Of a stretch of 64,000 bases of DNA, positions 27,112 to 41,711 are shown piece after piece. The stretch is from Octopus vulgaris. Taxonomy: Eukaryota. A program made the translations under genes and the position numbers. The notes under the pieces are model-generated. The model had not been told where the DNA came from and did no database searches. It saw only the letters and a list, made by a program, of their open reading frames with translations. The DNA is taken from positions 73,470,001 through 73,534,000 of the forward strand of contig OX597826.1 of the NCBI GenBank assembly GCA_951406725.2. Reading direction: 5' to 3'. Position 1 is the stretch's first letter; each line of letters begins with the position of its first letter.

Positions 27112-27112
<1 letters not shown>
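26570..27112 (-). mobile_element. Cluster of three truncated SINE B copies; the last switches to a + strand B tail at ~27032
   Basis: Units at ~26570-26705, 26745-26890 and 26893-27031, then gatgtaatcgacttaatcc...caataaagaaat in forward orientation. Confidence 0.8.
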
Positions 27113-27189
<77 letters not shown>

Positions 27190-27532
27190 TCAAAGTATGT
27201 GATTAAAAGAAACCGCGGTGTATCTTTTGATGTTTTGCTATATTGCAACACACAAAGAAAGTACACACACACACACACACACACAATAAAAATAGGTAGT
27301 TATAAATAGGAAATTACAAACATATTTATCTTTCACCAATCAAACGTTCTAATTTCCACCAATTCACGGGAAACCATCCATGAAAAACAACTGACAATAT
27401 CTTCCAACCGATCAGCTGTTTTGGACTGTTTTTAGCTGTTATCTCATTTACCCTAATTTCTTTTAGATTTTTTAATGTAGGAGGGATTTTTTAAGGTCAT
27501 TTGCCGCTTTTTTTTTTTGTGTGTGTATATAA

Positions 27533-27691
27533 ATGCAGGAGTGGTAAGTAGCTTGCTTACCAACCACATGGTTCCTGGTTCAGTCCCACTGCGTAGCACC
27601 TTGGGCAAGTATCTTCTATTATAGCCTCAGGCCAACCAAAGCCTTGTGAGTGGATTTGATGGACGGAAACTGAAAGAAACGTGTCGTATAC

Positions 27692-27742
<51 letters not shown>

Positions 27743-27745
27743 TGC
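27533..27745 (+). mobile_element. SINE family A, 5' half
   Basis: Head and body up to (TG)n. Confidence 0.85.
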
Positions 27746-27774
27746 CAAAACTGGAAATCAATATGATTTGAAGA

Positions 27775-27960
27775 AATGGTTGCGAGCTGGCCTGAATCTT
27801 TTGCACTCCGAGCAAAATGAACCTGAGTTCAAATTGCGCTGAGGCCGACTTTACTTTTCATCCTTTCTGGGGCAACAAAATAGGTACCAGTTAAAAACTG
27901 GGAGGGTCGCTGTAATCGACTTGCGTCCATCCACACCCTGAACTTACAATTTGATTTGAG
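27775..27960 (+). mobile_element. SINE family B, diverged
   Basis: gcgagctggc...gagttcaaattgcgctgaggccgactttacttttcatcctttc. Confidence 0.7.
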
Positions 27961-28594
27961 GAAGATTTTGCTGCTTTTAAAAGCAAACCGAACTGTCATG
28001 TAAGAAGCCCGTGGTGTTGTCGCTTTCATTGTTGTTATTGTTGTTGTTGTTGTTGTGGTGGTGGTGGTGGTGGTGGTGGTGGTGGTGGTGGTGGTGGTGG
28101 GGTTAGACTTTGGATAACGTGTACTCTGTTGCCTTAGCTCTTTGACAGAAGGAATATTACTTTTAAAGCTGGGACCCCACAAATACAATACGCAGCTACC
28201 GCGGTGTAGGGAGGTCTTAACACAGGGGCACAGTTGGCTCGGGAACAAACTAGACTGTTCAACAACAATAACTGCTTCTCCTGCTGTTGCTACTGCTGGC
28301 TGCTGCGGTTGCTGCTGCTGTTGCTACTGCTGCTGCAATGCAAAAAATACCAACAGCGATAGCAAGAAAAGGCCCTACAATAGCAACGACTACAGCCAAA
28401 ACAGTCTCTTGTATCAGGCTAATGTCAAGGTTTGTAAACACCGTCACAGCAGAAGAGAGTTTACAAACACAAATACACATGCACACGTTACGTGCACAAG
28501 AACACACACACACACGCGCGCGCGCGCGCCCTCATACACAGATACACACATATATCTTTCTGAATATATGTAGATATATATGTCTATGTGTATA

Positions 28595-28647
<53 letters not shown>

Positions 28648-28769
28648 ATGTGTATTTATGTGTGTGTGTATATATATATATATATGTCTATGTGTATGTA
28701 TATATATATATATATGTACACACACACATATATGCATGTATATGTATTTATGTACATATATATATGTTT

Positions 28770-28800
28770 GTCAAACTTAACTGTGTTTATTTGCATCATT

Positions 28801-28842
<42 letters not shown>

Positions 28843-29259
28843 ATATATATATATACATATATATATAAACAGAAACACGTATGCAATGCCTTATATACAT
28901 ATACATACGCAAATATAGAAACGTATACATATATACTGATACTCTAATATAATTACGTTAGTTATACGCGCGCGCACACACACACACAACACAAGCGTTT
29001 TAAAGGATATGCATATGTCTGTGGAGTGCTCAGCCACTTGTACGTTAATTTCATGAGCAGATTGTTCCGTTGATCAGATCAACTGGAACCGATGGATTGC
29101 CAGTCCAGTTAATCTTGTCTCAAGACTAAATTGTGTCCGCTAGTCATTGAACAATTCAGTACAGCACATACATCTAATCTGTGCATTCCTTACATGCAGC
29201 AGAAAGAAAGTTTCCTAGGTCGTTCATCGAACCCAGCTCGTCATGCCCGGTCGACCGAA

Positions 29260-29308
<49 letters not shown>

Positions 29309-29882
29309 GAAAACAAAAATGGAACAAGAACGTAACAGGTGACAATAAAACATCTGGACAGTTAGACAATACAAAAAAGGACAGGATAAAAACAAGGACG
29401 GAGCATTCGGAGTTTTGTATCCTCAGTCGAGTTCCAGATTTTCTCGGCAGTTTCGGCCGGTTATATACGCATAGGCGTAGCGTGGCTGTGTGGTAAGAAG
29501 CTTGCTTCCCAACTACATGGTTCCGGGTTCAGTCCCACAGGGTGGCACCTTGGGCAAGTGTCTTCTACTATAGCCTCGGTCCGACCAAAGCCATTTGAGT
29601 GGATTTCATAGACAGAAACTGAAAGAAGCCCATGGCATATATGTATATATGTGTGTGTGTGTCTGTGTTTGTCCCCCCACTACCATCGCTTGACAACCGA
29701 TGCTGGTGTGTTTATATATACTGTCTGGGGGAGAGGCTGTATAGACCCTTATGTATCGCGCAGTGGAACTGGACCCATATAGCGAGCATGTATATGTAGA
29801 TTTATGATATATATGAGTCAAACTTAACTGTGTTTATTTGCATCATTACTTTCTCTCTCTCTCTCTCTCTCTCTGTCTATGC

Positions 29883-29913
<31 letters not shown>

Positions 29914-30303
29914 AGAAACACGTATGCAATGCCTTATATACATATACATACGCAAATATAGAAACGTATACATATATACTGATACTCTAATATAATTACG
30001 TTAGTTATACGCGCGCGCACACACACACACAACACAAGCGTTTTAAAGGATATGCATATGTCTGTGGAGTGCTCAGCCACTTGTACGTTAATTTCATGAG
30101 CAGATTGTTCCGTTGATCAGATCAACTGGAACCGATGGATTGCCAGTCCAGTTAATCTTGTCTCAAGACTAAATTGTGTCCGCTAGTCATTGAACAATTC
30201 AGTACAGCACATACATCTAATCTGTGCATTCCTTACATGCAGCAGAAAGAAAGTTTCCTAGGTCGTTCATCGAACCCAGCTCGTCATGCCCGGTCGACCG
30301 AAT

Positions 30304-30359
<56 letters not shown>

Positions 30360-30765
30360 GAAAACAAAAATGGAACAAGAACGTAACAGGTGACAATAAA
30401 ACATCTGGACAGTTAGACAATACAAAAAAGGACAGGATAAAAACAAGGACGGAGCATTCGGAGTTTTGTATCCTCAGTCGAGTTCCAGATTTTCTCGGCA
30501 GTTTCGGCCGGTTATATACGCATAGGCGTAGCGTGGCTGTGTGGTAAGAAGCTTGCTTCCCAACTACATGGTTCCGGGTTCAGTCCCACAGGGTGGCACC
30601 TTGGGCAAGTGTCTTCTACTATAGCCTCGGTCCGACCAAAGCCATTTGAGTGGATTTCATAGACAGAAACTGAAAGAAGCCCATGGCATATATGTATATA
30701 TGTGTGTGTGTGTCTGTGTTTGTCCCCCCACTACCATCGCTTGACAACCGATGCTGGTGTGTTTA
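28770..30765 (+). repeat. ~1.05-kb near-identical tandem duplication (28770-29716 and 29817-30765)
   Basis: Duplicate ORFs at 29131 and 30174. The copies differ mainly in (CT)n/(TA)n tracts. Each contains a P2 fragment and a SINE A. Confidence 0.95.
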
Positions 30766-30907
30766 TGTCACTGTGACTTAGCGGTTCGGCAAAAACTGTC
30801 TGGGGGAGAGGCTGTAGTAGAAGACCCTTGCCCAAGGTATCGCGCAGTGGAACTGGACCCCAAACTGTACGGATACAAAGCGAGCTTCTTTACCACACGG
30901 CCATGGC
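30523..30907. mobile_element. SINE A (+, 30523-30795) joined to an inverted older A head (-, 30808-30907)
   Basis: gtagaagacccttgcccaaggtatcgcgcagtggaactg...ttaccacacggcca is the reverse complement of the A head. Confidence 0.8.
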
Positions 30908-31956
30908 TAGAGTGAAAGAGAGAGAGAGAGGAGAACTGTGTGCGCGCGGATGGGTGTGTATGCAGGTATATATAAATATATATAGATAGAGAGATGTGTA
31001 GATGTATTGATGTGTAGACACACCGGCAGCATTCGTCCCTTCTCGCCGATATTCATTCCCTAAAATAAACACTCGAGGAACTCATTAATAACTGAATTAT
31101 TTTCATGTGTTCATCACCTCCTGCCCTTAGATGGCCAGGAACCGGTATTGCCATCGCCGCCACCACCACCATCATCGCCACCAATACCATCAACACCGCT
31201 AACATCCCCTGTACTGCTTCAACCTCCGCCGCTATCGCTGCCGCCGCCGCCATTATCTCTACCACCACTGCCACCAACACCACCACCACCACCACCACCA
31301 TCTCATCACTCCATCTCCACAACTTTCATTACCATCACCATCGTCATTATCACCACCACCACCACCACCACTACTACTACTACTACTACGACTACTACGA
31401 CTACTACTACCTCTATCTGGCCACCACCACTGCCATCACTAGACCTAGCACTATCATTTGCGCCTCCACCATTTCAATCATCACCATGACTACCAACATC
31501 ATCACTACTACTACTGCTACCATCACCACCACTACCACTACTACTACTACTACTACCTCTACCATTACCACCACCACTACTACTACTACTATCTCCATCG
31601 TCATCGTCACTATCACAACTACCATCGTACCACCATCACCACAACCACAACTATAAACACAACCATTACCACCATCACCATCATCATCACCATCATCATC
31701 ATCATCATCGTCATCCGCACCGTCCCCACCACCATCCCTACCACCATTTCTACAACCCCTACAACCACGACACTAGCGGCACCAACAACAATAACAGCCA
31801 ATCCAAACTCGTTAGTATTTAATTAAAGTAATTACTTAACCATCTTCGGAGTCGTTGTGTTATTAAGATGTGAAATATTGGTCGACTGGAGACGGAGAAG
31901 GGAAGAAAGGACTTTGATTAGCGTAGACCCCTACGTATAAAGCCCTATGTAAAGAC

Positions 31957-32292
31957 CATAGTCCGAGCTACCGGCCCCTGGTGGGCAATGAGAGAGTCCA
32001 GCTGGGCGCTGGTGTCTAAGGGGGTGCTGCGGGGAGAAGAGAAAAAGGAGGCATCGGGAAGAAGGCAGTGGACTGGGGGGGGGGGCTATGAAATTATTAT
32101 GATATTATTATAGTATTGTATACAATAGGCGCAGGAGTGGCTGTGTGGTAAGTAGCTTGCTAACCAACCACATGGTTCCGGGTTCAGTCCCACTGCGTAG
32201 CACCTTGGGCAAGTGTCTTCTACTATAGTCTTGGGCCGACCAATGCCTTGTGAGTGGATTTGGTAGACGGAAACTGAAAGAAGCCCGTCGTA

Positions 32293-32345
<53 letters not shown>

Positions 32346-32692
32346 TTATATGTTTGTGTATCTGTGTTTGTCCCCCGCTCCCCAACATCGCTTGACAATC
32401 GATGCTGGAGTGTTTACGACCCCGTAACTTAGCGGTTCGGCAAAAGAGACCGATAGAATAAGTACTAGGCTTACAAAGAATAAGTCCTGGGAAAAAAAGG
32501 CGGTGCTCCGGTATGGCCACAGTCAAATGCCTGAAACAAGTAAAGAGTAAAGAGAGTATTGTATACAAGTTATATAATATTATATTAAATATCAAATGAT
32601 TCATAGTATATATAAATATAAAATATAGATATTTATTTAAACATAAAAATAGAGGTGGGGGCTATGAGGCCCAAAAAGTTTGAAAACCTCTG
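31957..32692. mobile_element. Probable hAT-type MITE hosting a SINE A
   Basis: Right end gtttgaaaacctctg; 8-bp flanks GTAAAGAC (31949-31956) and GTATAGAC (32693-32700); left TIR degraded. Confidence 0.55.
32126..32554 (+). mobile_element. SINE family A, full length, 14-bp TSD
   Basis: TSD AGTATTGTATACAA at 32112-32125 and 32555-32568; internal (TA)n; (GTAAAGA)-type tail. Confidence 0.95.
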
Positions 32693-33418
32693 GTATAGAC
32701 TGTTACATGTGGGCCCCTACCTAAGAGTACACATGGTAAAAGGTACAAGGGGCTGCACTTGATTACATCAAATCTCACCAGGGAATGTTGAACCCCCTAA
32801 AGAAGAATAATTGAGTGTAATATTTAAGGAATATACTGGGGATGTGAGGTGGAGTGGATCGGTAATTAGTCCCATTTAATTAACTGCAAGGATAATGAAA
32901 GCCTGTGTAATTCTGCTACTTATTTAATCCACCCGACTCTACAAGAAATTTAAACTCTGCTTTACCCCAGGTATAAGCAATTTTTCCCGAGAAGCGAGTC
33001 GCATGAGATGCAGCTTATCAACAGGCGGGCCGCACTACTAAAACATTTTCAAGATAGCATTTCGTTAGGTGTGCCATTCAGAAAGTCCTTCAGGCCCCGG
33101 GTTGCCTATTACTGTTCTGCCCCCAACAGATTTTGAAGCCAGTAACTGGAGATACAGGACTAAATACTGCATCATTCTTAAAACTGTGTACTTCAGTCAA
33201 ATAAACCCATTCCTTGTTTCTTTATTGAGAAGATACAAAGGGTGGTTACTTTACGATAGGAAAAAGGTGATGTTGTGATCTTCATGTTCATAGGCTTTAG
33301 AGACACGTATGGAATCGAATGGTATCAAGTAAGGCTAGAAAGAAGATCGAATCTGATCCAGCTCCTTATTCTTCAGTATATCTCTTTACTACCACCCCTT
33401 CATAACATCTCTCTACAC

Positions 33419-34034
33419 TAGTAGATTCCCATTTTACTCAGGGTAACCCTCGTAACCATTCGATATCTAAAAATTCCTGTAATATTTCTGTGATTAAAGG
33501 CTCGAAATTTGGGGGCAGGAGGCCAGTCGATTAGCTCGACTCCAGTACGCAACTTGTACTTAATTTATTGACCCCGAAAGGATGAAAGGCAAAGTCGACC
33601 TCGGCGGAATTTGAACTCAGAACGTAACAGCAGACGAAGTACCTATTTCTTTACTGCCCACAAGGGGCTACACACAGAGGGGACAAACAAGGACAGACAA
33701 ACGGATTAAGTCGATTATATCGACCCCAGTGCGTAACTGGTACTTAATTTATCGACCCCGAAAGGATGAAAGGCAAAGTCGACCTCGGCGGAATTTGAAC
33801 TCAGAACGTAACGGCAGACGAAATACGGCTACGCATTTCGTCCGGCGTGCTAACGTTTCTGCCAGCTCCCCTCCCCCGCTTTTCTGTGATTAAATATTAT
33901 TAGGAAATACATTAAAGAATGTTTAAATATTTTGTGTATTGTAGAAATATAACCAGTTTATTGCCCCTTAATTTTAACAACAAAATCTTAAATGGAACCC
34001 CAAGTGTCATATGGACCCTAGTTGAGAATAACTG
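33419..34034. mobile_element. Possible hAT-type MITE hosting a SINE B
   Basis: Right end atatggaccctagttgagaataactg resembles the right end of the 45313 MITE; flanks CTCTACAC / CGTTACAC. Confidence 0.45.
33499..33880 (-). mobile_element. SINE B chimeric dimer with 14-bp TSD
   Basis: TSD TTTCTGTGATTAAA at 33485-33498 and 33881-33894. The distal unit has a different (older-type) tail. Confidence 0.9.
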
Positions 34035-34945
34035 CGTTACACCAACATGATATCTTTCAACCCCTAACGTCACTACCTCTCCATTAAATCGCTCTGTTCT
34101 ACATCATTTCTTTCTCCCCTTCATCTGTTTCTCTACGCCTCCGACTCAGCAGCCTCCTTATCCTTACATCATACCTCTCTACACACCCTACATCATGTCT
34201 CTCTACACCTGCCTCGTGATTCTCTACCCCTACATCTACCCTTATTCTACGTCTCTACCCCCCAACATCATATTCCTCTGCTCCGCCCCTCCACGATATC
34301 TTTCCATCTCCCTCCACACATACTTCCTCAATTTCACAAGTGAAAAAAGAAAAAAAAAACCTAAAACCAGTTTAACAAAGCCGTTGCTGGGAGAAGGGGA
34401 GTTAAAATATAGCAGGATTCTTGAATCCCCTATCAATTCAACACTTTAATCTCAATCGTAATTGGATTATTGATTAAAGAGATAAAAAAAATCTTTCGGG
34501 GATTCAACAAGTTAAAACCACTTTATTCTGCTTTTCAACATTTTTTTCTCTTTCAAAAAATTTTTCCTTTGAGGAAATTTAATTTTAATTTCTTTATGAC
34601 AAAAATATCATTTCCGCTTTACAAAGACCTTATATTAAACAGATGAGGAACCGATATATAGCAGCGCTCATACATTTCCCATGCGCATTAGCGGTGTAAG
34701 AGAGAAGTGAAATTATGGGAACCGGGAATCGAAACCGGTCCGTTGAGATTCAAAAGAATACTCGCCATCTTTGCCAGATATATTTAACGTTTTTCATGTA
34801 CTTTTACATTGTCGTTTTGCTAACTTCGTTTCACCTTTTCACATCTCAGTTGATGAACAATGTGTAAACATCTGAGTTGATGAACAATGTGTTTATATGT
34901 GTATGCATAAATATGTGTGTGTATGAGGTAACTATATTTGGAATT

Positions 34946-35614
34946 GAAGGCGGCGAGCTGGCAGAAACGTTAGCACGCCGGGCGAAATGCGTAGCCGTAT
35001 TTCGTCTGCCGCTACGTTCTGAGTTCAAATTCCTCCGAGGTCCACTTTGCCTTTCATCCTTTCGGGGTTGATAAATTAAGTACCAGTTACGCACTGGGGT
35101 CAATGTAATCGACTTAATCCCTTTGTCTCTCCTTGTTTGTCCCCTCTGTGTTTAGCCCCTTGTGGGTAGTAAAGAAATATATATTTGGAACTGAAGGCGG
35201 CGAGCTGGCAGAAACGTTAGCACGCCGGACGAAATGCGTAGCTGTATTTCGTCTGCCGTTACGTTCTGAGTTCAAATTCCGCCGAGGTCGACTTTGCCTT
35301 TCATCCTTTCGGGGTCGATTAAATAAGTACCAGTTACGCACTGGGATCGATATAATCGACTTAATCCGTTTGTCTGTCCTTGTTTGTCCCTTCTGTGTGT
35401 ATTCCTTTGTGGGTAGTAAAGAAATAGGTATTTCGTACGCCGTTATGTTCCGAGTTCAAATTCCGCCGAGGTCGACTTTGCCTTTCATCCTTTCGGGGTC
35501 GATTAAATAAGTACCAGTTACGCACTGGGGTCGATATAATCGACTTCATCCGTTTGTCTGTCCTTGTTTGTCCTCTCTGTGTGTAGCCCCTTGTGGGTAG
35601 TAAAGAAATAGGTA
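34946..35614 (+). mobile_element. Two adjacent SINE B insertions (monomer then dimer) separated by a repeated target site
   Basis: Heads at ~34946 and ~35193; extra 184-bp unit from 35428; TATATTTGGAA at 34933, 35180 and 35617. Confidence 0.92.
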
Positions 35615-36528
35615 GATATATTTGGAAGTGTGTGCCTGTAGATATGTGTTAGTGCGTGTGTGAATGTGTGTGTGCACGTGTGTTTATGCTTATATGTAAG
35701 CACGGGTTGAGTTTATGTATGTGTGTATCTGTGTGTGGTGTCGTGTTTCTATGTGTGTATGAATAAATGTGATTGTTGGTGTGTATGTCGGTTCTCTGAG
35801 TGAATATGAGTAAGTTTGTATGTAGATCTCTTTGCACGTGTGCACAGGGGCGTCCAAATTTCTTGCCGCAGTCGTTTAGCCCTAGGTATATCCTAATCCA
35901 GTAGACTCATGATACGTATATAACCAGACTAACAATTGACATATACAGATCGCTTCGTTGTTCAATTAGCGTTCCACGTGGACCAAAGTGTTCCTTCTTC
36001 GAATTTCTCTATCTATGAATTATCCATGAAATAACCTCTTTTTTTCCTTTTTTGGGAATGGGTAAATTCGAAGCAGATAAAGCTATTAATAATACCGCGT
36101 AAATATTGGGTTTAAAAACACTCTGGATAGAAAATCGTCCAAGGATGCTATTATAGCTTTGCCTGCTTCGAGTTACAACCGTTCAAAAAAAAAAAAGAAA
36201 AAACGAATTATTTCACGTTCTCCCGAAGTTTTTAAATTCTTTTGACATCAACAACATACGATTCGCCTGAGTAAAAATAGGGTTCCTCCAATGAATGCAA
36301 AATGCCAGTGTTCTAATTTCTATATTTCAGTATTCTCTCCCGATGATGTTGGTTGGTAACCCATCACATTTAAATTAAATATTTATATCAATTACGCAAT
36401 TAAATAAAAGATAATGTTTTTACTCTATTGATTGAAACAATTAAAATAGGGAACAATTAAATTATTAGCAATCGATAAAATTTCAGCATACTACTACTAC
36501 TACTACTACTACTACTACAACAACAACA

Positions 36529-36574
<46 letters not shown>

Positions 36575-36635
36575 TTATTATTATCACAAGCTGTGTTCTG
36601 TGTTTTATATATATATATATATTCATACATGCGCG

Positions 36636-36669
<34 letters not shown>

Positions 36670-37117
36670 TACATATATATATATATATTATTATGTGTAT
36701 ATGTATATACAAATATATATACATATACACATAAACACAAAAATATATGTTATAAATATTATATATATCATATATACGATCTATCTTTGTGTGTGTAAAA
36801 TAATCTTAATACAAGATAGAGTGAACAGGCCTTATTCCATATACATATATTATATAACATATCATTATATCCTACTTGTATGTATTTATATACACATGTA
36901 TGCATGAACATATATGCCTGTTATGCTCCCAAATCATACGCATATCATACGCACGTGTAATAATACTGTTTAAAGAGATGAATGGAATAATGGACGCACT
37001 TTACATTTATTCCAACGCATTCTCTTTTGTATTTCGTCCATTTTGTATTTCGTTCTTTCAACGGAACACCTTCAATGCATGAGTTACAAATATTGTGGGA
37101 ATAGGAACTGTAGAATG

Positions 37118-37742
<625 letters not shown>

Positions 37743-38302
37743 GACACCACAGACATCGCTACCACTAATACGACCACCACCATAACCAATTTCCACCAAA
37801 GCAGCAGCAAACAGCAACATTAAACCACTGTCGCTACCACCAGTACAACCATCTCCACCACAACCACCGCGACCATCCCCACCAAAGACCGTCACCAGCA
37901 CAATTATCACTAGCATCATCAACATCAGCATCATCTTCAACATCATCACCATCGTCGTCATCATCAGCAATACCATTTCAACAAGTACCATGGCCTCAAA
38001 ACCCGTCTTCCAGGCATCAACACCACCTCCACTACTACCACCACCACAACAACAATAAACTCTGCCAGCACATGGACCACATAACAACAACAACAACGAT
38101 AACAATAACCAGGCGAGGAGATGCCAGTTTCTATAAATGGTTTGTGATGAGCGGCATAAAGTACATCGCTCAGATGTTTGCATCGCATTTAATGGAGACA
38201 GCATCATTTACTGGGGGGAGGGGAGGGGGTATGAACAGATGATTGAAGGAGGCGGCGTGGGTGGGGTGGGAGCACGAACTGGTGTATACACGTGTTTGTA
38301 TA

Positions 38303-38377
<75 letters not shown>

Positions 38378-38614
38378 ATCGCGGCTAAATCAAAGAGTTC
38401 ATTATGTGTGTATATTTAGGAGTTTCTGTGTGCACGGGCGTATGTGCGCGCGTGTGTGTATGTGTTTGTGTGTGTGTGTACAGATGATTAATATAACGGG
38501 TAAATCAAAGAGCTCTTTCTGTATATATATAGTTTATATGCGTATAAATATATATGTATATGAATATATATATATATATATATATACTTATATATACATA
38601 TATATATAGGTACT

Positions 38615-38653
<39 letters not shown>

Positions 38654-38990
38654 GTACTTATATATATACATATATATATACGTACTTATATATATATACG
38701 CATATATATATATGCATATGTATATGCATATATATATATATATGCATTTATATATTTATATATATGCATATATATAAATATGAGTGTATATGTGTGTGCA
38801 TATATATATATATATATACATACATACACGTGTGTGTGTCTATAATGAGCTCTTTGATTTACCTGTTATATTAATTCCTAGCGTCACTCAATTCACAGAT
38901 TCCGTTTTCGTGCGCGCGCGCGCCACCTTTCCTTCCACTTTTGCTCAGTCCCACTTAAAACAAACACAAACACACACCCATTTCTACTCC

Positions 38991-39030
<40 letters not shown>

Positions 39031-39256
39031 TAGACATGACTGTACAGTTTTATTTACTCGTGTGTATATATGATACATAAAGAGAAACTCGATATATAAA
39101 TGAATGCATATGAAAGCAGAAACGGCCGTAAACTTGCAGATGTATGTACATATATATATGCATGCCAAAACGCGTACACATGCACGCCTATGCATAATCG
39201 TTTGTACATATGAATATATATTTATGCATAAGCTTGTATGATTGTGTATGTGTGCC

Positions 39257-39300
<44 letters not shown>

Positions 39301-39443
39301 TATCGTACGCGTTTAATTTAGAACTACGAAATGACTCAGATGGGAATCAAACGGCATCATCACTTAAAATCTGGTCGACTCGTTGTGAATTATCTTTCAA
39401 GTCTTACCTGAGAGGTTATGTGTGCTTCTATCGTCTATAATAA

Positions 39444-39510
<67 letters not shown>

Positions 39511-39524
39511 CTTGTGTATATATG

Positions 39525-39586
<62 letters not shown>

Positions 39587-39677
39587 TATATTTAGATATA
39601 TATACATACATATTTGTGTATAATTAGTACATATGTATATTGTAGATATATAGTGTGTACATATATGTATACATATA

Positions 39678-39731
<54 letters not shown>

Positions 39732-39781
39732 GATTTAGTTCAATCTGCGTTCAGCTCCATTTCTTCAATTCACCAATAATG

Positions 39782-39821
<40 letters not shown>

Positions 39822-39879
39822 GTACGCACTCACATGAAATGCACAGACGGACATACATACATACATATCTCTCTATATG

Positions 39880-40107
39880 TATGTATGTGTGTTTGTTTGT
39901 GTATGTCCTCACCAACACCTATTGGTAACCGGTGTCGGTTCGCTTACGTTCAGGTCGGTTAGCGGTTCGACAGAAGAAACTGATAGAATAAGTACCAGAC
40001 TTTAATTTTTTTTAAATGTATTGGAATCAATCTATTCGACGAAATCCTTTCGTTTCGGAGCCCCAGCATGGCCGCAGTCCCAATGACTGAAACGAGTTAA
40101 AGATAAG
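39880..40107 (+). mobile_element. SINE family A, 3' half, diverged
   Basis: ttagcggttcgacag...gatagaataagtacc...ccagcatggccgcagtc. Confidence 0.75.
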
Positions 40108-40658
40108 ATGGATATACGAGCGAGAACATATTTTGTCCCTTTTCCATCTCAATCTGTTCTCATTCGTACTCACTACTCTCTGAGTTGCCCACGTCGGCCA
40201 AGACAGAAGCCCCAAGGCGTATTTAGAATTCTATTCTTGGTCCACCAACGTGGAATTTCGCTTCCCTTTTTCTGCTGAGGGATTACGGCAAACCCTCAAA
40301 CTATATATGCTTTATGATCCACTATCTCTAATCTCCTGAACTCTCCAAATAGCAAACGGCTGTCGAAAATTCCCATAGAACTGTTTTGTCTCAAAAGCCA
40401 CTCACACACATACGCATTCCGGTTGTTGTTGTTGTTGTTGTTCTTCTTCTTCTTCTTCTTCTTCTTCATCTTCTTCTTCTTCTTCTTCTTCTTCTTCTTC
40501 TTCTTCTTCTTCTTCTTCGTCTTCTTCGCGCGTGTGTAAGAGTGTATGTCTACGTGTGTCTGTGAGTGAACGTAATTGTATCACATTACTAAATATAAAA
40601 AATTGTATTCGCAATTGTGCGCCTCAAAAGGTGTGTGTCTGTGTGTGTATATATATAA

Positions 40659-40691
<33 letters not shown>

Positions 40692-40836
40692 AACATATAT
40701 ATACATATATATATGCATATATATATATACATATATATATATATACATATATATACATATATATATGCATATATACATATATATACATATATATATGCAT
40801 ATATATATATACATATATATATATATACATATATAT

Positions 40837-40901
<65 letters not shown>

Positions 40902-41711
40902 ATAGCTGAGATATGAATATAAATAAACGAGACTGAATTGTGTATTTTTCACATCCCTAGTATCTTATATCAATACTATATTTAATACATACCAACTGTA
41001 TGATTAATACACAGATAATAGCCGGGAATACACACACAGATCCCAGCGATGAATAACGCTAATCTTATTATTTAATCTAAAATACCACGGCATTATGCCT
41101 ACGTATGTGAATGGAAATAAATGGAAATGGAAAATAGGAGTAAAGGAAAATCGAAAATATTAAAATCTGCTTTTAATAAATTTCTATAAATTCAGTAAAG
41201 AGGGATATTTTTTGAAACATATAACATAAAGGTGTTATTATTTCGAACAATGTTTAAACTGAACGAAATTGTTAAAATGAAGTTGTTAAAAAAAAGAAAA
41301 AAAGAACTCGTTGAAAACCAAATGTAGCTGGAGTTGTATTAGCGAAAACTAATGAAGGCAATGTGTGTAGATTTAGTTGCTATTTCTAGCAGGCCTATGG
41401 TTTTGAGTGCCCCTGTCGATCAGCGTCTGTGGTTTGGGTGAAAATTGTTGGAATTGAAAGTGATAAAGACAGGAAATGTCTGGTGAATGAAACCATTACT
41501 TTATAAGAAGCAAATGTTGATGACTTTCATTGTTCATCGATAATTATCGATTGAGAAGTGAACTGTAACATATATATTGAATCCAAAATGATTGTCATAA
41601 GAACAAATGCGCTGGATGGGTGATTGCTGGCGTTGGGGAAGTTACGCTTTTCAAAGAATGAAATTATAATATATCTATAAAATGGTGGGCGGTGGGGGTG
41701 TATGTAATAAT

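Noticed and set aside
34933-35627. CRISPR-like array
   Set aside because: The repeats are an 11-bp TSD and the spacers are SINEs; eukaryotic context with no cas genes.
39400-39440. 27-nt minus-strand microexon with a GTAAG donor
   Set aside because: No polypyrimidine tract, and the segment is embedded in (TA)n.
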